A stretch of DNA of 64,000 bases, taken from NCBI RefSeq assembly GCF_009914755.1, contig NC_060933.1; one strand, given 5' to 3'. The notes under the pieces were generated by a model. That model had not been told where the DNA came from. It did no database searches and saw nothing but the letters and a program-made list of their open reading frames with translations. The DNA is from the human T2T-CHM13v2.0 reference genome, Homo sapiens. The translations under genes were made by a program, and so were the position numbers. This document shows positions 29,072 to 44,100 of this stretch, in pieces. Positions within the stretch are counted from its first letter, which is position 1. Each line of letters begins with the position of its first letter.

Positions 29072-31030
29072 TTTTTATTTTTTTTTATTATACTTTAAGT
29101 ACTAGGGTACATGTGCACAACATACAGATTTGTTACATAGCTATACATGTGCCATGTTGGTTTGCTGCACCCATTAACTCATCATTTACATTAGGCATTT
29201 CTCCTAATGCTATCCCTCCCCATCCCCCAATCCCCCGATAGGGCTCAGTGTGTGATGTTCCCCTCCCTGTGTCCAAGCGTTCAATTCTCATCTATGAGTG
29301 AGAACATGGGGTATTTGGTTTTCTGTCCTTCTGATAGTTTGCTGAGAATGATGGTTTCCAGCTTCATCCATGTCCCTGCAAAGGACATGAACTCATCCTT
29401 TTTTCTGGCTGCATAGTATTCTATGGTGTATATGTGCCACATTTTCTTTGTCCATTCTATCACTGATGAACATTTGGGTTGGTTCCAAGTCTTTGCTATT
29501 GTGAATAGTGCCGCAATAAACATACATGTGCATGTGTCTTTATAGTAGCAGGGTTTATAATCCTTTGGGTATATACACCAGTAATGGGATCACTGGGTAA
29601 AATGGTATTTCTAGTTCTAGATCCTTGAGGAATCGCCACACTGTCTTCCACAATGGTCGAACTAATTTCCACTCCCATCAACAGTGTAAAAGCATTCCTA
29701 TTTCTCCACATCCTCTCCAGCATCTGTTGTTTCCTGACTTTTTAATGATCGCCATTCTAACTGGTGTGAGATGGTATCTCATTGTGGTTTTGATTTGCAT
29801 TTCTCTGATGAACAGTGATTATGAGCATTTTTTCATGGGCCTATTGGCTGCATAACTGTCTTCTTTTGAAAAGTTTCTGTTCATATCCTTTGCCCACTTT
29901 TTGATGGGGTTGTTTTTTTCTTGCAAATTTGCTTAAGTTCTTTGTAGATTCTGGAAATTAGCCTTTTGTCAGGTGGGTAGATTGCAAAAATTTTCTCCCA
30001 CTCTATAGGTTGCCTTTTCACTCTGATGGTAGTTTCTTTTGCCGTGGAGAAGCTGTTTAGTTTAATTAGATCCTATTTGTCAATTTTGCCTTTTTTTGCC
30101 ATTGCTTTTGGTGTTTTAGTCATGAAGTCTTTGCCCATGCTTATGTCCCAAAGGGTAATGCCTAGGTTTTCTTCTAGGGTTTTTATGGTTTTAGGTCTAA
30201 CATTTAAGTCTTTTATCCATCCTGAATTAATTTTTGTGTAAGATGGAAAGAAGGGATCCAGTTTCAGCTTTCTACATATGGCTAGCCAGTTTTCCCAGCA
30301 CCACTTATTAAATAGGGAATCCTTTCCCCATTTCTTGTTTTTGTCAGGTTTGTCAAAGATCAGATGGTTGTAGATGTGTGGTGTTATTTTTGAGGCTTAC
30401 GTTCTGTTCCATTGGTCTATATCTCTGTTTTGGTACCAGTACCATGCCCTTTTGGTTACTGTAGCTTTGCAGTATACATTGAAGTCAGTTAGCACAATGC
30501 CTCCAGCTTTGTTCTTTTGACTTAGGATTGTCTTGGCGATGCAGGCTCTTTTTTGGTTCCATATGAACTTTAAAGTAGTTTTTTCCAATTCTATGCAGAG
30601 AGTCATTGGTAGCTTGATAGGGATGTCATTGAATCTATAAATTACCTTGGGCAGTATGGCCATTTTCACAATATTGATTCTTCCTATCCATGAGCATGGA
30701 ATGTTCTTCCATTTGTTTGTATCCGCTTTTATTTCATTGAGGAGTGGTTTGTAGTTCTCTTTGAAGAGGTCCTTCACATCCCTTGCAAGTTGGATTCCTA
30801 GATATTTTATTCTCTTTGTAGCAATTGTGAATGGGAGTTTACTCATGATTTGGCTCTCTCTTTGTCTGTTATTGTTGTATAGGATTGTTTGTGATTTTTG
30901 CACATTGATTTTGTATCCTGAGACTTTTCTTAAGTTGCTTATCAGCTTAAGGAAGTTTTGGGCTAAGACGATGGGGTTTTCTAAATATACAATAATGTCA
31001 TCTGCAAACAGGGAAAATTTGACTTCCTCT
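29072..31030 (-). mobile_element. 5'-truncated L1PA7-like element (~2 kb)
   Basis: TTATTATACTTTAAGT..GGGTACATGTGCACAAC 3' end; minus-strand ORF2 peptides (30397-30903, 29281-29523). Confidence 0.93.
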
Positions 31031-32863
31031 TTGTTTTATGATCCAGAATGTGATCTATTTTAGTGTATGTTCCACATACATTTGAAAAGAATGTATAGTC
31101 AGTCATTGTTTTATAAATGTCAATTAGGTTAAGAGGATTGATTGTGTTGTTGAAGTCTTTTATATTCTTACTGAATTTATGTCCAGTTATTTTATTGATT
31201 AGTGAGAGAAGGATATTTAAGTCTCTAACAATAAGTGGTTTGTCTATTTTCCCTTCAATTTTATTAGTTTTCTTCTTTGTATATTTTGATGTACAATTAG
31301 ATGAATGCATGTTTGGAATTATTGTCATTCTACTAAGCTGCTTCTCTTTATTATATTAATTTTCCTGAAGTCTACTTTGTCTACTATTTAGATAGCCACT
31401 ACAGCATTTTTTTTTGTGGTTGTTTGCATGATATATACACTCTCGTCCTTTTATTTTTAATTTGTCTGCATATTTATGTCTAATGTAAGTTTCTTGAATA
31501 CATAATGCAATTGGATGTTGCCTTTCTAATTAATCTAACAATCTTAGTTTTAAATGAATGTGTATTTTGGCATTTTATGTAAGTACTGACATTTTTGGAT
31601 TATTCTACCATCTTGCCAGTTATTTTTTGTATGCACTCATCTGTTTTCTGATTCTTTTGTTGTTTTCTTTTGTATTGAGTATTTATTTTATGATGATTCC
31701 GTTTTATCTATACCATTCACTTATTATTTTTAGTTAGTATATATTTTTATAGTTGTTATTGGGTTCATATTTTAATTAATCATATATTTTATGTTCACAT
31801 CACATATAGTGCTTCATAGAGCCTTATAATGTTATACTCCCAATTCCTCCCTCCCTTCTTTTGGGATCTTTTTATAATTTTATATTCACATGTGCTATAA
31901 ATACACAATAAATTGGTACTATTTTTTGATGTGATAATCCACTATCTTTTAGAGTAACATTATATATTTGTTCATAAATATTATTTCCAGGACTATTCAT
32001 TTCTTTGTATAGATCTAAATTTCTGTGTGATGTCATATTCTTTCTAACTGGGGAATTTCCTTTAACATATCTTGTAGTGCAAGTGTGCTAGTAATGAATT
32101 CTCTCAAGTTTTGTTTGTCCAAAAAAGTCTATATTTTACCTTCATTTTGAAAGGTGTTTTCATTGGGTATAGAATTCCATATTTAAATTTTTTTCTGCAG
32201 TAATTTAATGATATTCTTCCATTGCTTTCAGGCATGTATAATTTCTGACAAAAGTCTGCTGTAACTTTTAAATCTTTGTTCCTTTGTATGTAACTTGTTT
32301 TTCCCCTGGCTTCCTTCAAAATTTTTGATCTCCTTTGGTTTTAAAATTTTAATATAATATAATATAATAAATATAATATAATATTATAATATAAGTGTGG
32401 GTTTTTTGGCATTTATTCTCCATGGCAATACTTGAGTTTCTTAGATCTGGAATTTGCTGCTCTTCCTTAATGTTAGAATTTCCATTTACTTTTTATCTTT
32501 TCTCTTGGTATTCCAGTTACAGACATGTTAGGCCATTTTTTGTTGGTCCACAGCTCTTCAATGTTTTGTTCACCCTCTCACCTTCTTTCTTTCTTCTTAT
32601 TTTTTTGGATTCCAGTTCTATTGACTTTTAGTCAAGATCACCAATTCTTTGTCTTTAGCGTGTTCAAGTCTATTGATGAGCCTATCAAAGAATTCTTCAT
32701 CTCTACTACTATTTTTCATTTCTACCATTACAATTTGAACTTTTATTCTATTATTTTTTACCTCTTTGCTAAAAATTTTTATCTGTTTATGCAAGTTGTC
32801 AACTTTTGCTAGCAGGACTTTTAAAATATAAATAATAGTTATATCAAATTCCTTTTCTGATAA

Positions 32864-33357
<494 letters not shown>

Positions 33358-33758
33358 TAAAGCAATCCATTTGAGAGGTGAACCAATTCTGTGTTTTCTT
33401 CTTGCTGTAATTTATATAATGCTCCAAAGTTTTCAAACTCCTCCAGCATTACTTTGTGCTTAGGATGGGAGTTGAGATAATGGAGGGTTTTTCTGAATAT
33501 ACTTACTCTATACTTAGCTTTTGACATTCTCTGTTAAACTTGTACCTTAGAGAATTTCTCTCTCTGTTTTCTCCTTTTTTCTAGTAGTAGATTACTGTTA
33601 TTATTTACTTGGTACTTGCTTTCCTGGTTGGCGGGGGAGGTGACAGAATGCTTTCTGAGGTTCTGTTTTAGTTTGAGTCCTAGGCATGTGTTGTGTGCCC
33701 GGGTCTTGATTGTGGAGTCTTAGTAAGCCTGCTTCTGAGCAGCTTAGCTGAGCAGGGA

Positions 33759-34603
33759 AGTCTCAGTTTTCTAGGGCTGCTGAAACAAATTACCATTCAC
33801 TGGCTTAAACAACAGAAATTTATTCTCTCAAAATCCTGAAGACTATAAATTAGAAATAAAGCTGTTAGCAGTGTTGATTCCTTTTGGAGACGCTGAAGAA
33901 AGATATGTTCTATGCCTCTCTCTTGGCTACTGGTGGTTCCCAGAATCCTTGGTCTTCCTCGGGTTGTAGATAAATCACTCCAATCTCTGCCTCCATCTTC
34001 ATATAGTGTTCTTTTCTTTGTGTTTCTGTGTCTTCACATGGTCTTGTTTCAAGGACATCTGTGATGATATTTAATGCCTACCCTAATCCACTATGATCTC
34101 ATCTTAACTTGATTACATCTGCCAAGAACCTATTTCTAATTAAGATCACATTCACGGGTACCAGGAATTAGGACTTCAGCATGTCTTTTCTTGAGAATGT
34201 GTTAGTTTGCTAGGGCTGTTATAACAAAAATACCACAGGTTGGATGGTGTAAACAACAGAATTTATTTTCTCACAATTCTGGAGGCTAGAAACCCATGAT
34301 CAAGTTTTCAGCAGCTTTGGTTTATCCTTAAACCTATTTTCTTGGCTTGCAGATGGTCATCTTATTATTGTGCCCTCTCACGGTCTTTTCTTTATATGTC
34401 CATATTCCTGGTGTCTCTATGTGTGTCCAAATTTCCTCTCTTTATAAGGACACCAATGACCCCATTTTAACTTAATTACTTCTGTAAAAGCTCTATCTTT
34501 TAATACACATTTTGAGGTAGTGGGGTTTAGAGCTTCAACATATGAATTGGGATGGAGGGGAAAGAGACACACAAATAAGCTTATAACAGAGGACACAACC
34601 CCA
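33759..34603 (-). mobile_element. MLT1B/C-like solo LTR, split near its end by an MLT1A0-like LTR
   Basis: AGGGCTGC..AACAAATTACCA..GGCTTAAACAACAGAAATTTATTCTCTC..GATTACATCTGC..; terminal GGACACAACCC resumes at 34589. Confidence 0.8.
34198..34588 (-). mobile_element. MLT1A0-like solo LTR
   Basis: TG...CA termini, 5-bp TSD GAGAA/GAGGA; CCAAATTTCCTCTCTTTATAAGGACACCA. Confidence 0.82.
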
Positions 34604-37200
34604 AGCTAATTGAGCGTAGTAGGGCCTAGGTTTTTTTTTTTGCCCTTCGCCCAAATGTAGAGGGTCTGAAAATGAATAGGACTTTTACAAAAAAGTTCTT
34701 TTATCTATTTTCTTACTAAAAAGTTCTACTATTTTCTTATTCAAATCTGCCTGATCATTATTTATAATACCTTTAAAATGTGTTTGTGATCTTTGTGAAA
34801 TCATATTTAATTGCTTTTAACTTGTGGATAATCTAGAGGTTGAATTGACAAATGCTATGCTTCATAAATGATTTGCATATATTTCTTTTAGAAGCCAAGT
34901 GCTACTACCAAAGTAGTTTTACCTTAGCCCTTTCCTTTCCAGGATCACCAGATTAATCTAACAGTCTCTAGTTTGTACCTATAACCCACTGGTTAAGGTA
35001 TTTATCTCCTGATTGTGGTTTTAATAATGGCATGTATCTATCAGGTATGCCTGCCTATTATGTGTCTTTACCAATCACCAATCAGATTTCAGCTCACAGG
35101 GTTATTTCTTCCTTTTGGAGATTTCTCTTACTTCTTGGGAGCCCATTAATGTAATTAGTTTGATGCAGGATCTAGTTCTTTGGTAATATGTGAACCTTCC
35201 AGAATATTTAGTCCATCAAATCTCAAAAAGCAGAAGTGTCTGATAATAAATTTTTGTAATGTCTTTCCATTCCACTTACATAGATATACCTCCACCTTTC
35301 CAATGTTTGCATAGTATTAGATTTTAAGGGTGTAACATTTTGAGAATGATACCTCTATTTGTAGGCATAAAGACTATTCACAGTTATGAGCTATTTCATG
35401 TGATATGCAGTCAGCATAATTGTGCTGAATTTTCATAAACTTGTATCAACATATACTTGTAGAATACACTTCTGAAAGTGGAATTGCTGGGTTAAAGGCA
35501 TTTTGAGAGTTTTTGATACATATTTTCAGACAAATTTAAATGTTGCTAGAAAATATAAAAATGTTTCTAGACTTTTGTATTTAATAATACTTACCTGTTT
35601 TACAAATTATGATATATTATTTCCTAATGATCAACATTTACCCTTTGATGGCAGTAAAATCTTGTTCATATGGAGCATTGTCTAAGAAGGCAAATTGTGC
35701 AGAAGATACTATACTTATTACCTAGGTCCTAGTTTCAGATTTGCCCTGTGTTTGCTTTTTGACTTTCATAAGTTAGCTTGCCTTCTTCATTCTTTGTAGC
35801 TTTATACATGAACTAAAGATGTTGAACTAGAACAAGGGTTATTAAATTTTATTCCAAGGATGGGAAAATGAACCCAATGGGTGGTGCTTTGAAATTCCTG
35901 TCCCTACTTCAAGCAAGACAGCTGCACTTTTATCTTTTTTGTATCAGAAGTACTGAAGATTATTCCATTTGGGGAAAATAAGGTTCTGCTGTTAAAAGTA
36001 GTTTAAAATCTCTTTCCCTAGGTAGATCTAAAGTCACTCCTAGTTCTAAAGTTTTCTTATGATTTTGTACATACTTCCAAATTGCTAGATTTTTCAGTAT
36101 TCGAACTCCAATTATGGCTCCTACGTTTTTCCCCTTCTACAGTCAATGCAAAAATAAACTCACTTATTTAGATGAAAAGTAACAAAGAGCGAGCTGTTTC
36201 TTCCTTTAATCCCTTATCTTAGGCTTCTCTTTTGAATTACAAATGCTTTAGTCTCAACTACATTTTTAAAGAGAGAGGTTAAAAATATGTGACTTCTCAT
36301 TATTTATTATCCTTCAGAGTTAGATTGAATTTAAATATAGAATATCATTTCTTATATCCTGTCTTTTTTTATTTTCTTTAGTGTGTATCCATTGCCTATG
36401 TATTGATCATTTCTTAAGTACTGTTTCTATCCCTATTCTCATCAATTTGTAAGTCCCAGCATACTTTCCCATAGTCACTATTGAATGCTATAGTCACATT
36501 TATTTTGTCTGAACACTACTTTCACCATAATAAGATTTTTTACATTTCTTTGGGAAACTCTAATTACCTTAGGCACAAGAACAAAATTCTTAGTTTAAAT
36601 CTCTTAATCAGGCTTCCTCAGAATAGTCACTGAGGCAAACTGACTCACTCTCCCATGTGCCTGATTATCTCTCTCAGAATGTTTGAAATGCACTCAATTT
36701 GCAACTATGTTAAAAACTTCTACATCTCTACAAGTTCCACTTTTTCCATTGTTAAAGTGTAACCTTCTTCAGGAAATTTTTTCCTACTAACTGGGGATAA
36801 AATGTCCTCTTTTCTTTTATCATTGCAGACAAAGTACTTGCACTTTGTCTATAATGAGAAAACAATAGAACTTTTTGAAATGGATTCTAGTGAGGCTGAG
36901 TTTGTATTAATTTTGTCTACACTGAGCAGAAGTTTGACTATGCTATCTTTAAAAAGAGGTTTAACAGAGAAAGAAGCATAATTAAGACGGTAGAACATAT
37001 ACACACACACATCCCAAAATTTAAAAAGTTAAGATTATGAACTCTGGTTTCTAATTTAAATGAGAACATCTATTAAAATAATCAAATATATAAAAGACTG
37101 TTTCAGCATATTTTGTGCAATTTAAAAGGACCTTCCTTTGATTTGAAAAGTGCTTTATTATACTGTATTTATTCAGTAGTGAAAACTTTAGATAACTTAC

Positions 37201-37585
37201 TGTAGACGATTCCCAGTTTTTCCTTTAGGACCAAGGCACTCATTCCCACACCGTTAGAAATGGTGGCTGAAGAGCGTCAGCTGAGTCCCTCACTGAGGAT
37301 AGCCCTCAACTAAAGAGTGTCATATCAACCAAAGTCATATCCTATCTTTGAGAACAGTCTGCACCCAGTGCCTACTTTGGTGGAATTATAAAGACCTTAT
37401 TTTCTTGCCTTGATTGAGACAGCTCTGATATGTTATCCCAGTTCCACAGCTCACCAAAGGATTGGCTCGGGCCTTTGTCGTGACGTCGCTGCAGCTCAAC
37501 TTTTTCCTTTGCTTACCTACTTCCTTTACAACCCCATAGGTATTGTTCGTGAGGGCACTCCTAAATAAAATTGCTGCAGTCCTGA
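37201..37585 (+). mobile_element. ERVL-class solo LTR (LTR16/LTR40-like)
   Basis: CACTCATTCCC..CAGCTGAGTCCCTC..TATAAAG..ATCCCAGTTCCACAGCTC..GCACTCCTAAATAAA. Confidence 0.6.
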
Positions 37586-37629
37586 CATTTACTGTGTAAC
37601 AACGAAAAAAATGCAAAAATGGCTAATAT

Positions 37630-37870
37630 TTAAACAGCTATTACTATTTCCCAAGCATTGTGCTGAGAACTTCAGATTCATTAAGTCATCTAAACCTCAC
37701 ACCAATATGAGATGGAAATGATTATTAAAATCTCTATTTTACAAATGAGTAAACTCACCTTAGAGAAATTATATAATTTATCCATATTCTACAGCTACTA
37801 GATTGTAAAGCCAAGATCTGAAACTATGTCTGCTACATTCCAGAGATGATGCTTTTAATGACTAAATTAC
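37630..37870 (-). mobile_element. MIR
   Basis: Core ATTTTACAAATGAGTAAACTCACCTTAGAGA. Confidence 0.65.
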
Positions 37871-38733
37871 ACTACCTCCTGCATCTTGAGGACCTGTATT
37901 GAATGCCTGAAAGGGCATTTTGGGATAGAGTACAATTTAATGTTTTTGTCAGTGAAGACCAGTGGGTATATTTTGAAAATTAAATTTTGCTCTATATTTA
38001 TATTGTGAGAAGACATAATTTTTTGGGGGGGTTAAAAATTATTATTATTTTTAAGTTATAAACAGAGTACTGTATTTAGATGTCGGATATTATTGTATTT
38101 TTATCTCTGATGCAAATGAAGGAATGTGAAAATTAATTTCATGTGAGGAAATTCAAGCCTACTTACTGACATTAATAAATGTTGATTTTTTGTTAGAACC
38201 AATCACTGATGTGCTAGTGAAATTCCAATTAATTGTTTGTCACTATTGTAGACATTAATTGGCATTCCATCTATAATTTGTGACATAATAAAAGGCAAGA
38301 TCAAAATACAGATTGTTTTTTTAAATGTATTTCCAAGCTAATTGTACTAGCTACATGACATGACTGATCTTGTCTACTGAGAAGAGATTGACTGTTAATT
38401 TAGTTAAAAAATTCATCTGAAAATTCCTTTGTTTTCCAGGCACATACAGATGTAGTCTTATGTTAGAAAGCTTTTACAAAGCAGAAAAACTGTATATTAA
38501 ATTGCTACTTTTATGTATGTGAAACAACTTTGATATTTATATATATTTTGTAATAAAATATTTTATATTTGTATAGCACTGGTGAGTTTTCACAAATATT
38601 ATCTCATATAATTTTTATCATAATTGTGAGATAACTGAGGTGGTGTTATTAATTTCATTTTCTAGACAAGTAAATAGAGTATCAGGCTAAGTGATTTGTT
38701 CAGATGACTGAGGTAAGAGTCTGTCTGATCAAT

Positions 38734-39099
38734 TGACATGGTGAGGCTGTGTCCCCACCCAAATCTCATCTTGAATTGTAGTTTCCTTAATCCCCACATG
38801 TTGTGAGAGGGACCTGGTTGGGGGTAATTTAATCCTGGGGGCAGTTTCCCTCCTTTGATAGTGAGTGAATTCTCATGAGATCTGATGTTTTTATAAGGTG
38901 CTTTCCCCCTTTTGCTTGGCAGTTCTCCTGGCTGCCACCATGTGAAGAAAGAAGTGTTTGCTTCCCCATCTGCCATGATTGTTAAGTTTCCAGATGCCTC
39001 CCCAACCCTGCGGAACTGCGAGTCAATTAAACGTCTTTTCTGTATAATTTACCCAGTATCGGGTATTTCTTCATTGCAGTGTGAGAATGAACTAATACA
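38734..39099 (+). mobile_element. THE1C/D-like solo LTR, inserted in a MIR
   Basis: TGACATGG..GGCTGTGTCCCCACCCAAATCTCATCTTGAATTGTAG...GAGTCAATTAAAC...GAACTAATACA; TSD TCAAT/CCAAT. Confidence 0.93.
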
Positions 39100-39929
39100 C
39101 CAATGCTGTTTTAACTACACTGACATGAACATATTAATGTTTTCTCCTCCTTGAGCAATTTCTTCTCTATTGCCACCCTTCTGAGATAAAATGTTTTGTT
39201 CTCCCCTTCAGAGGCAAATTTCTCCAGAAAAAAACCTAATTTGCTCCACTCATTTTCAAATTATGTAACCACCACTTGTGAATGTTTTGCAATCTGGTCT
39301 GTTTTCATCACTACAAAAGGGCGGTGCTATCACAGTTCACCAGAAATCCTTGTCACTACAGCATCCACTGGCATTATCACAGATCAAAGGTTTCAGATAT
39401 CATTGTTCACCATCTCTCCTAAACATATTACATATTTTAAGAAAAGTTCATCTCTTTGTTTCCATATTACCGAAAGTTGTTCTTTCCTCTCCTTTGTTAC
39501 CTTCATTGAATACTTTTCCTATCTTTCAAGTAGAGTTGTATATGTATACTAAAGATACATCCTTGACTTTCACCTCTTCTATTGGCATATTGTATCTTCC
39601 ATTTAGTGTTTATGATTTCAATTATCACCTCCATCTAGGTGAGAAGCAATATGGTACAGGGGTTAAAACCATGGCCTCTGGATTCATATTAAATTGAGTT
39701 TGAATCCTAGCTCCAACATTTCTGTGGTTTTGAAAAACTACTTCATTTATACATGTACCAAATTGATTTACCCCTGCTTACCTCAGAGGGTTTGAAGAGT
39801 TAAATGGGATAAGGTATGTAAAAGGCTTAGCCATTGAGATTCCCAATTGTTTTATTTTAGTAAAATTTAATCTCCTTATCATAATGCTATAATACTCTAT
39901 ACCATCTGGCTGCTTCCTACCTCCAGGCA

Positions 39930-40260
39930 AGCAATATTGGTGGTAAAGATTATTTGGTGGCAGAACAGATGGAAGGAAGCAGATGTATTTAAGACATGTT
40001 TTATAGGAAGGATTTACAGAATGGGCATTAACTTGGTGATTCGGATGAAGTGATGAAAAAAGGTTATACTAAAATAACTTTACATTTTCAGCCTCATAGA
40101 GTTGGGTAGATGGTGATGTTATTTACTGAGATAGGAATGACTGAAGGAGGAGTATGATTCTGGAGTAGATTATGAGTTAGGTTTAGAGTATGCGGAGTTT
40201 TGAGTTCCTTTTAGGTATCTAGGTAGAATGATTGAATAGACAATTAAACAGGTAGCAGCA
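39930..40260 (-). mobile_element. L2 fragment
   Basis: TTGGGTAGATGGTGATGTTATTTACTGAGATAGGAA..TTATGAGTTAGGTTTAGAGTATG. Confidence 0.6.
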
Positions 40261-41150
40261 TTCAGAAAAGAAATAGGAGGAAAAGAACTCAGAAATATTT
40301 TAAGAACCACATTAAAATCCACACAGAAAGAATAATACAACTGAAAATATATACAATCAAGAATGTGATAGGTAAGCATATGTAAAACTTAAGTATAAAT
40401 ATTAAAATTATAATAAGTATGAAAGACGTACTAGAAAGTTTATATGTATGCATAACTGGTTCTGAAGAAAAAAGGATATATAAAATATTAATAATGATAT
40501 ACTAGAAGAAAACTTTTCTGAAATAAAAGCTTGTATTATTGTTTTATTCAAAAATATTCATTATGTGGCTAGTATTTTTCAGGTGCTATTTTAGGCGTTG
40601 GGAACAGAACATTGAAAAAGAAAAGATTGACTGTTCTCATGGAATTTATATTTTATAGGACTAATACTTATACCATGTCCCAGGAAAAATTTAAATGAAG
40701 CATCAAGAAGACACACCCTCATGAAGTTATTAAACATCAAGATAAAGAATTTTATGGATGTTTAGTCAATGAATGCAATTTATTTGTGTGGGTGGAGAAT
40801 AATGTTGGCCTCTGTCTTCTCTATAATAATTATCAGTGAGAACACAGAGGATCAATAGCATCAAAACTTTGAGAAAATCAAATGTGTCCCAATAATTTTG
40901 ACACCCAACCAACATTTCCTTCAAATACCAAGGCAATGAATAGATATTCTCAAGTAAATAACAAGTGAAGAAGTACTGTACCCATGCACCTTAGTTGAAA
41001 ATGACCTCAAAACTGGACAATGACATCCAGCCAAAAAAGACACAAAGCAAATTAAAAAACACAGGATAGAGGACCCATACTCTTCACTGAATATACTTAA
41101 GTATAGAAATATTAAACTACTGTGGGAATTTTGTTTGCAGAACAGAATAT
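40260..41150 (+). mobile_element. HAL1/L1ME-like ORF1 remnant
   Basis: AGAAGAAAACTTTTCTGAAATAAA..AGACACACCCTCATGAAGTTATTAAAC..CTGTACCCATG. Confidence 0.55.
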
Positions 41151-44100
41151 ACATGCTATAAACCTTATAATGAACAATTAAATACTACAAGGTGGGGAGA
41201 GAAGAGAAAGGTTTATTATTCCTATTTAATTTTCTTATCTTTTATAGTAGAGGTTCAAAATGATGCTCTAAATTTAAATCATGAGGTTTTTTTTTCCCCT
41301 CTGAAGTGACAATTCCTATCTTTTAATGTTTAAAATTATTTTCTTAACTTTAAAGAATTCTTTTAGGTACCATTATTATGAATAGGTGTCCAAACTACCG
41401 TTTCTTCATTTCGTTTTATTTTCTTATGTTGAAATTCAAATGAATTTAAGTAATTTAGAAATTGAAAATAAGTATGATCTCATTTGAACTGCTGTTCTTT
41501 ATGTGTTACTCTCTGCTCGTCTCTGTGTATAAGTGGGAGTGGCTCCTGGAGTGACAGTCTCCTGATGATAGTAACAAGGGTTGCCTTTGGGGGTTGGGCA
41601 GTATTGCTAATGTGGTCAGTTTCTTACTGTTAATCATAAATGGTAGTATATGGAGAAAACTACCAGGAACTGAAGAAAAGAAACAGTTGAAAGTCATCCC
41701 TGGAAATGGAGCTAGAAGTGGGTGTAAGTTGGGAGTGGAGAATTAACCATCAGAAAGTTTTTAATCTTCTTGGCTCTCTTAGTTCACAGATTGGAAGTCA
41801 GCACATTTTAAACTATGGAGGGCAAGTTATTTAAACAATAGTATTTTACAGAAAACTTTCTAGTTCTGATGCATTTGTTGACTGTTTCAGATCTGACTTG
41901 CTAAATGCTTCCATTTCAAACCTCAAAACAATTTTTAAGATATTTTGTAAGTATATTTGAAATAATCACATATTTTTTCAGGGGATTCTGTAGCTATTAT
42001 TCTGTGTTAATAAATAAGCTAATGTTATATGTGTTTTAGAACCTGGTTGCATCATTTGTTTATTTTATTTTTTGAGACTATCACAAAGCAGCATTTTGTT
42101 TACATAATTATTTCAGAATATATATATCCCTGTAATGCACCAATAGAAGCATAGACGGACAGAGAGAGTGAGACAGAATAGCAGACCAGATTGGATCATA
42201 CTTATTTAAAATTACAAAATGTATATATTATATTATACATCTGTACTACACCTGTTTGCACGCACATACACACACATATATATATTTTCCAATTAAAAAA
42301 CTTAGCGTTTGAGAGGACTTACCTAAAACAACCTGATCTTTCTGATTTAATTTTTACCATTATAAATCAATGCATTAAATGCAGAAAATTACTTCTTCTA
42401 AATTCCTGTGAGTTCCTTACAGTACTAAAATTATTTCATTTTCTAGGATCTTCTTTCAAATCAAACTTTGTGCCTTAAGCAGCTGCTATAGGGCTCAACT
42501 TCTATGTCACCCAGGTCCTAGCAGGAGGATTTGAGGCCAGGATTGCACTAGCTGTCTGGGTTTTATAAGCAAACTTTGGAAAACATAATATTGTACACCC
42601 TTTTACTGTTTCTTTTTTTTTTTTTTTTTCAGAAATGTGCTCTCCTGAAGAAAAATCAGAAATACATTGATAGGTATGACTCAAATTCATTTTATCCACC
42701 ACGAGCCTATTCTTGGGTTTAAAATAATACAGCTAATGCGAATTATCTGTTTTTTTTTCAGTCTCTTGGTACTTTTTCAGAGTTAAATAGTCTACAATGA
42801 ACTATTTAGCTCTGTTCTTGAATTAAATTAAGAACAGCTATCATCAATTAAAAGTACATTCTCTTTTACATCAAAATAATTTTGTGAAGTAAATTTTTAC
42901 ATTGTAAGTGAAAAAGACCTTGTACCTGAAATCTAGTATTGTAGCATTTTAGAGGTGTAAGGCCCGTTGGAGATGATTAGCCTTCCCAGAATGCTAGGGA
43001 TGGCTCAAATGTGTCTCGCCTGCCTTGGAAAGACAGATGTCCCTGACTGGGCAATGCTTCTGGTTCCCTACATTATTTTTCACTTGTTTGCTGCTAGAGA
43101 CCTGAGTTCATGTGGGAAACAGAATTGAAAGGATCCTGGTTGACTAGGGGACCAGGGATCTCAGTGGGATCTAAGTTAGCATCCAGGGTTACTCCTGAAC
43201 ATAGTGATCTATGCAACTCTGTGGGCGCACTACTTCTCGGTCTTTCCTGAGAACCACTTGATGCTCAAGAAGATCAGTTCTTTTCTAGATTCTGGATCTA
43301 AATCTCATCTTAGAAGGAATTTAAAGAGGAATTAGAAAGGGTTTTGCTAAAGTGCTTGGGTTTAGGGATTAGATTCAAGCTGCTTGAGGAAGGCTCTGTT
43401 AAGAAGTCACATTCCAGTCCCCAAAGAATAAGGATTGTGGAAAGTAGTTCATTGAATGGAACTACTCATTAGTAAATTTCTACCCGGCAGAATCTTTCTC
43501 TTTTATCACTGTGACCTCCATTGTTTAACCTATTGCCTGGCATAGAGGAGAAACCCAATATTTGATGAATGAATAATAAGATATGACAACAAGAAAAAAA
43601 AAGAGACATAATTCGGTCTTACTGGGGAGTAAGTTGCACACCAGGTCTTGGAAATGAAGCAATCACTAGAATGGAGAACCAATTTAGTTCTTTAAAGAAT
43701 CATCTGAAGTGTGAAACTAGGGCTCCCTCAGTATCTTCCCACCAACTCATCTTACGGTCTTGGGAGTCCCCTTTTAGAGATTTACTCGTGACAGGAATGT
43801 GGCAGAAGTGGGACTGCCAAGTTCATCGTGACTGCTTCTGGAAAAACAGACCATACAAAGTAAAACAAATAAACAAAATCCAAAACAATTACAAAACAGC
43901 AAGCATGGGACAATGCCTAAAAAAAGATGTCATGTTATGTTGATGTAATATTTTCTTATAGTTAAATTATTCTCTTAAATATTCATTTTCCATGTTTTAT
44001 AAAGAGATCTATATTAATGTATTCAGATCTTTTGGGGTTATATAACCACCTTCTACCTTGAAGATTAAAACAGGGACCTTCCAAATCAGTGAACAAGAAC

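Noticed and set aside
42806-43470. Short hairpins (CTGTTCTT..AAGAACAG; AGTAGTTC..GAACTACT)
   Set aside because: 8-bp stems are expected by chance in AT-rich DNA
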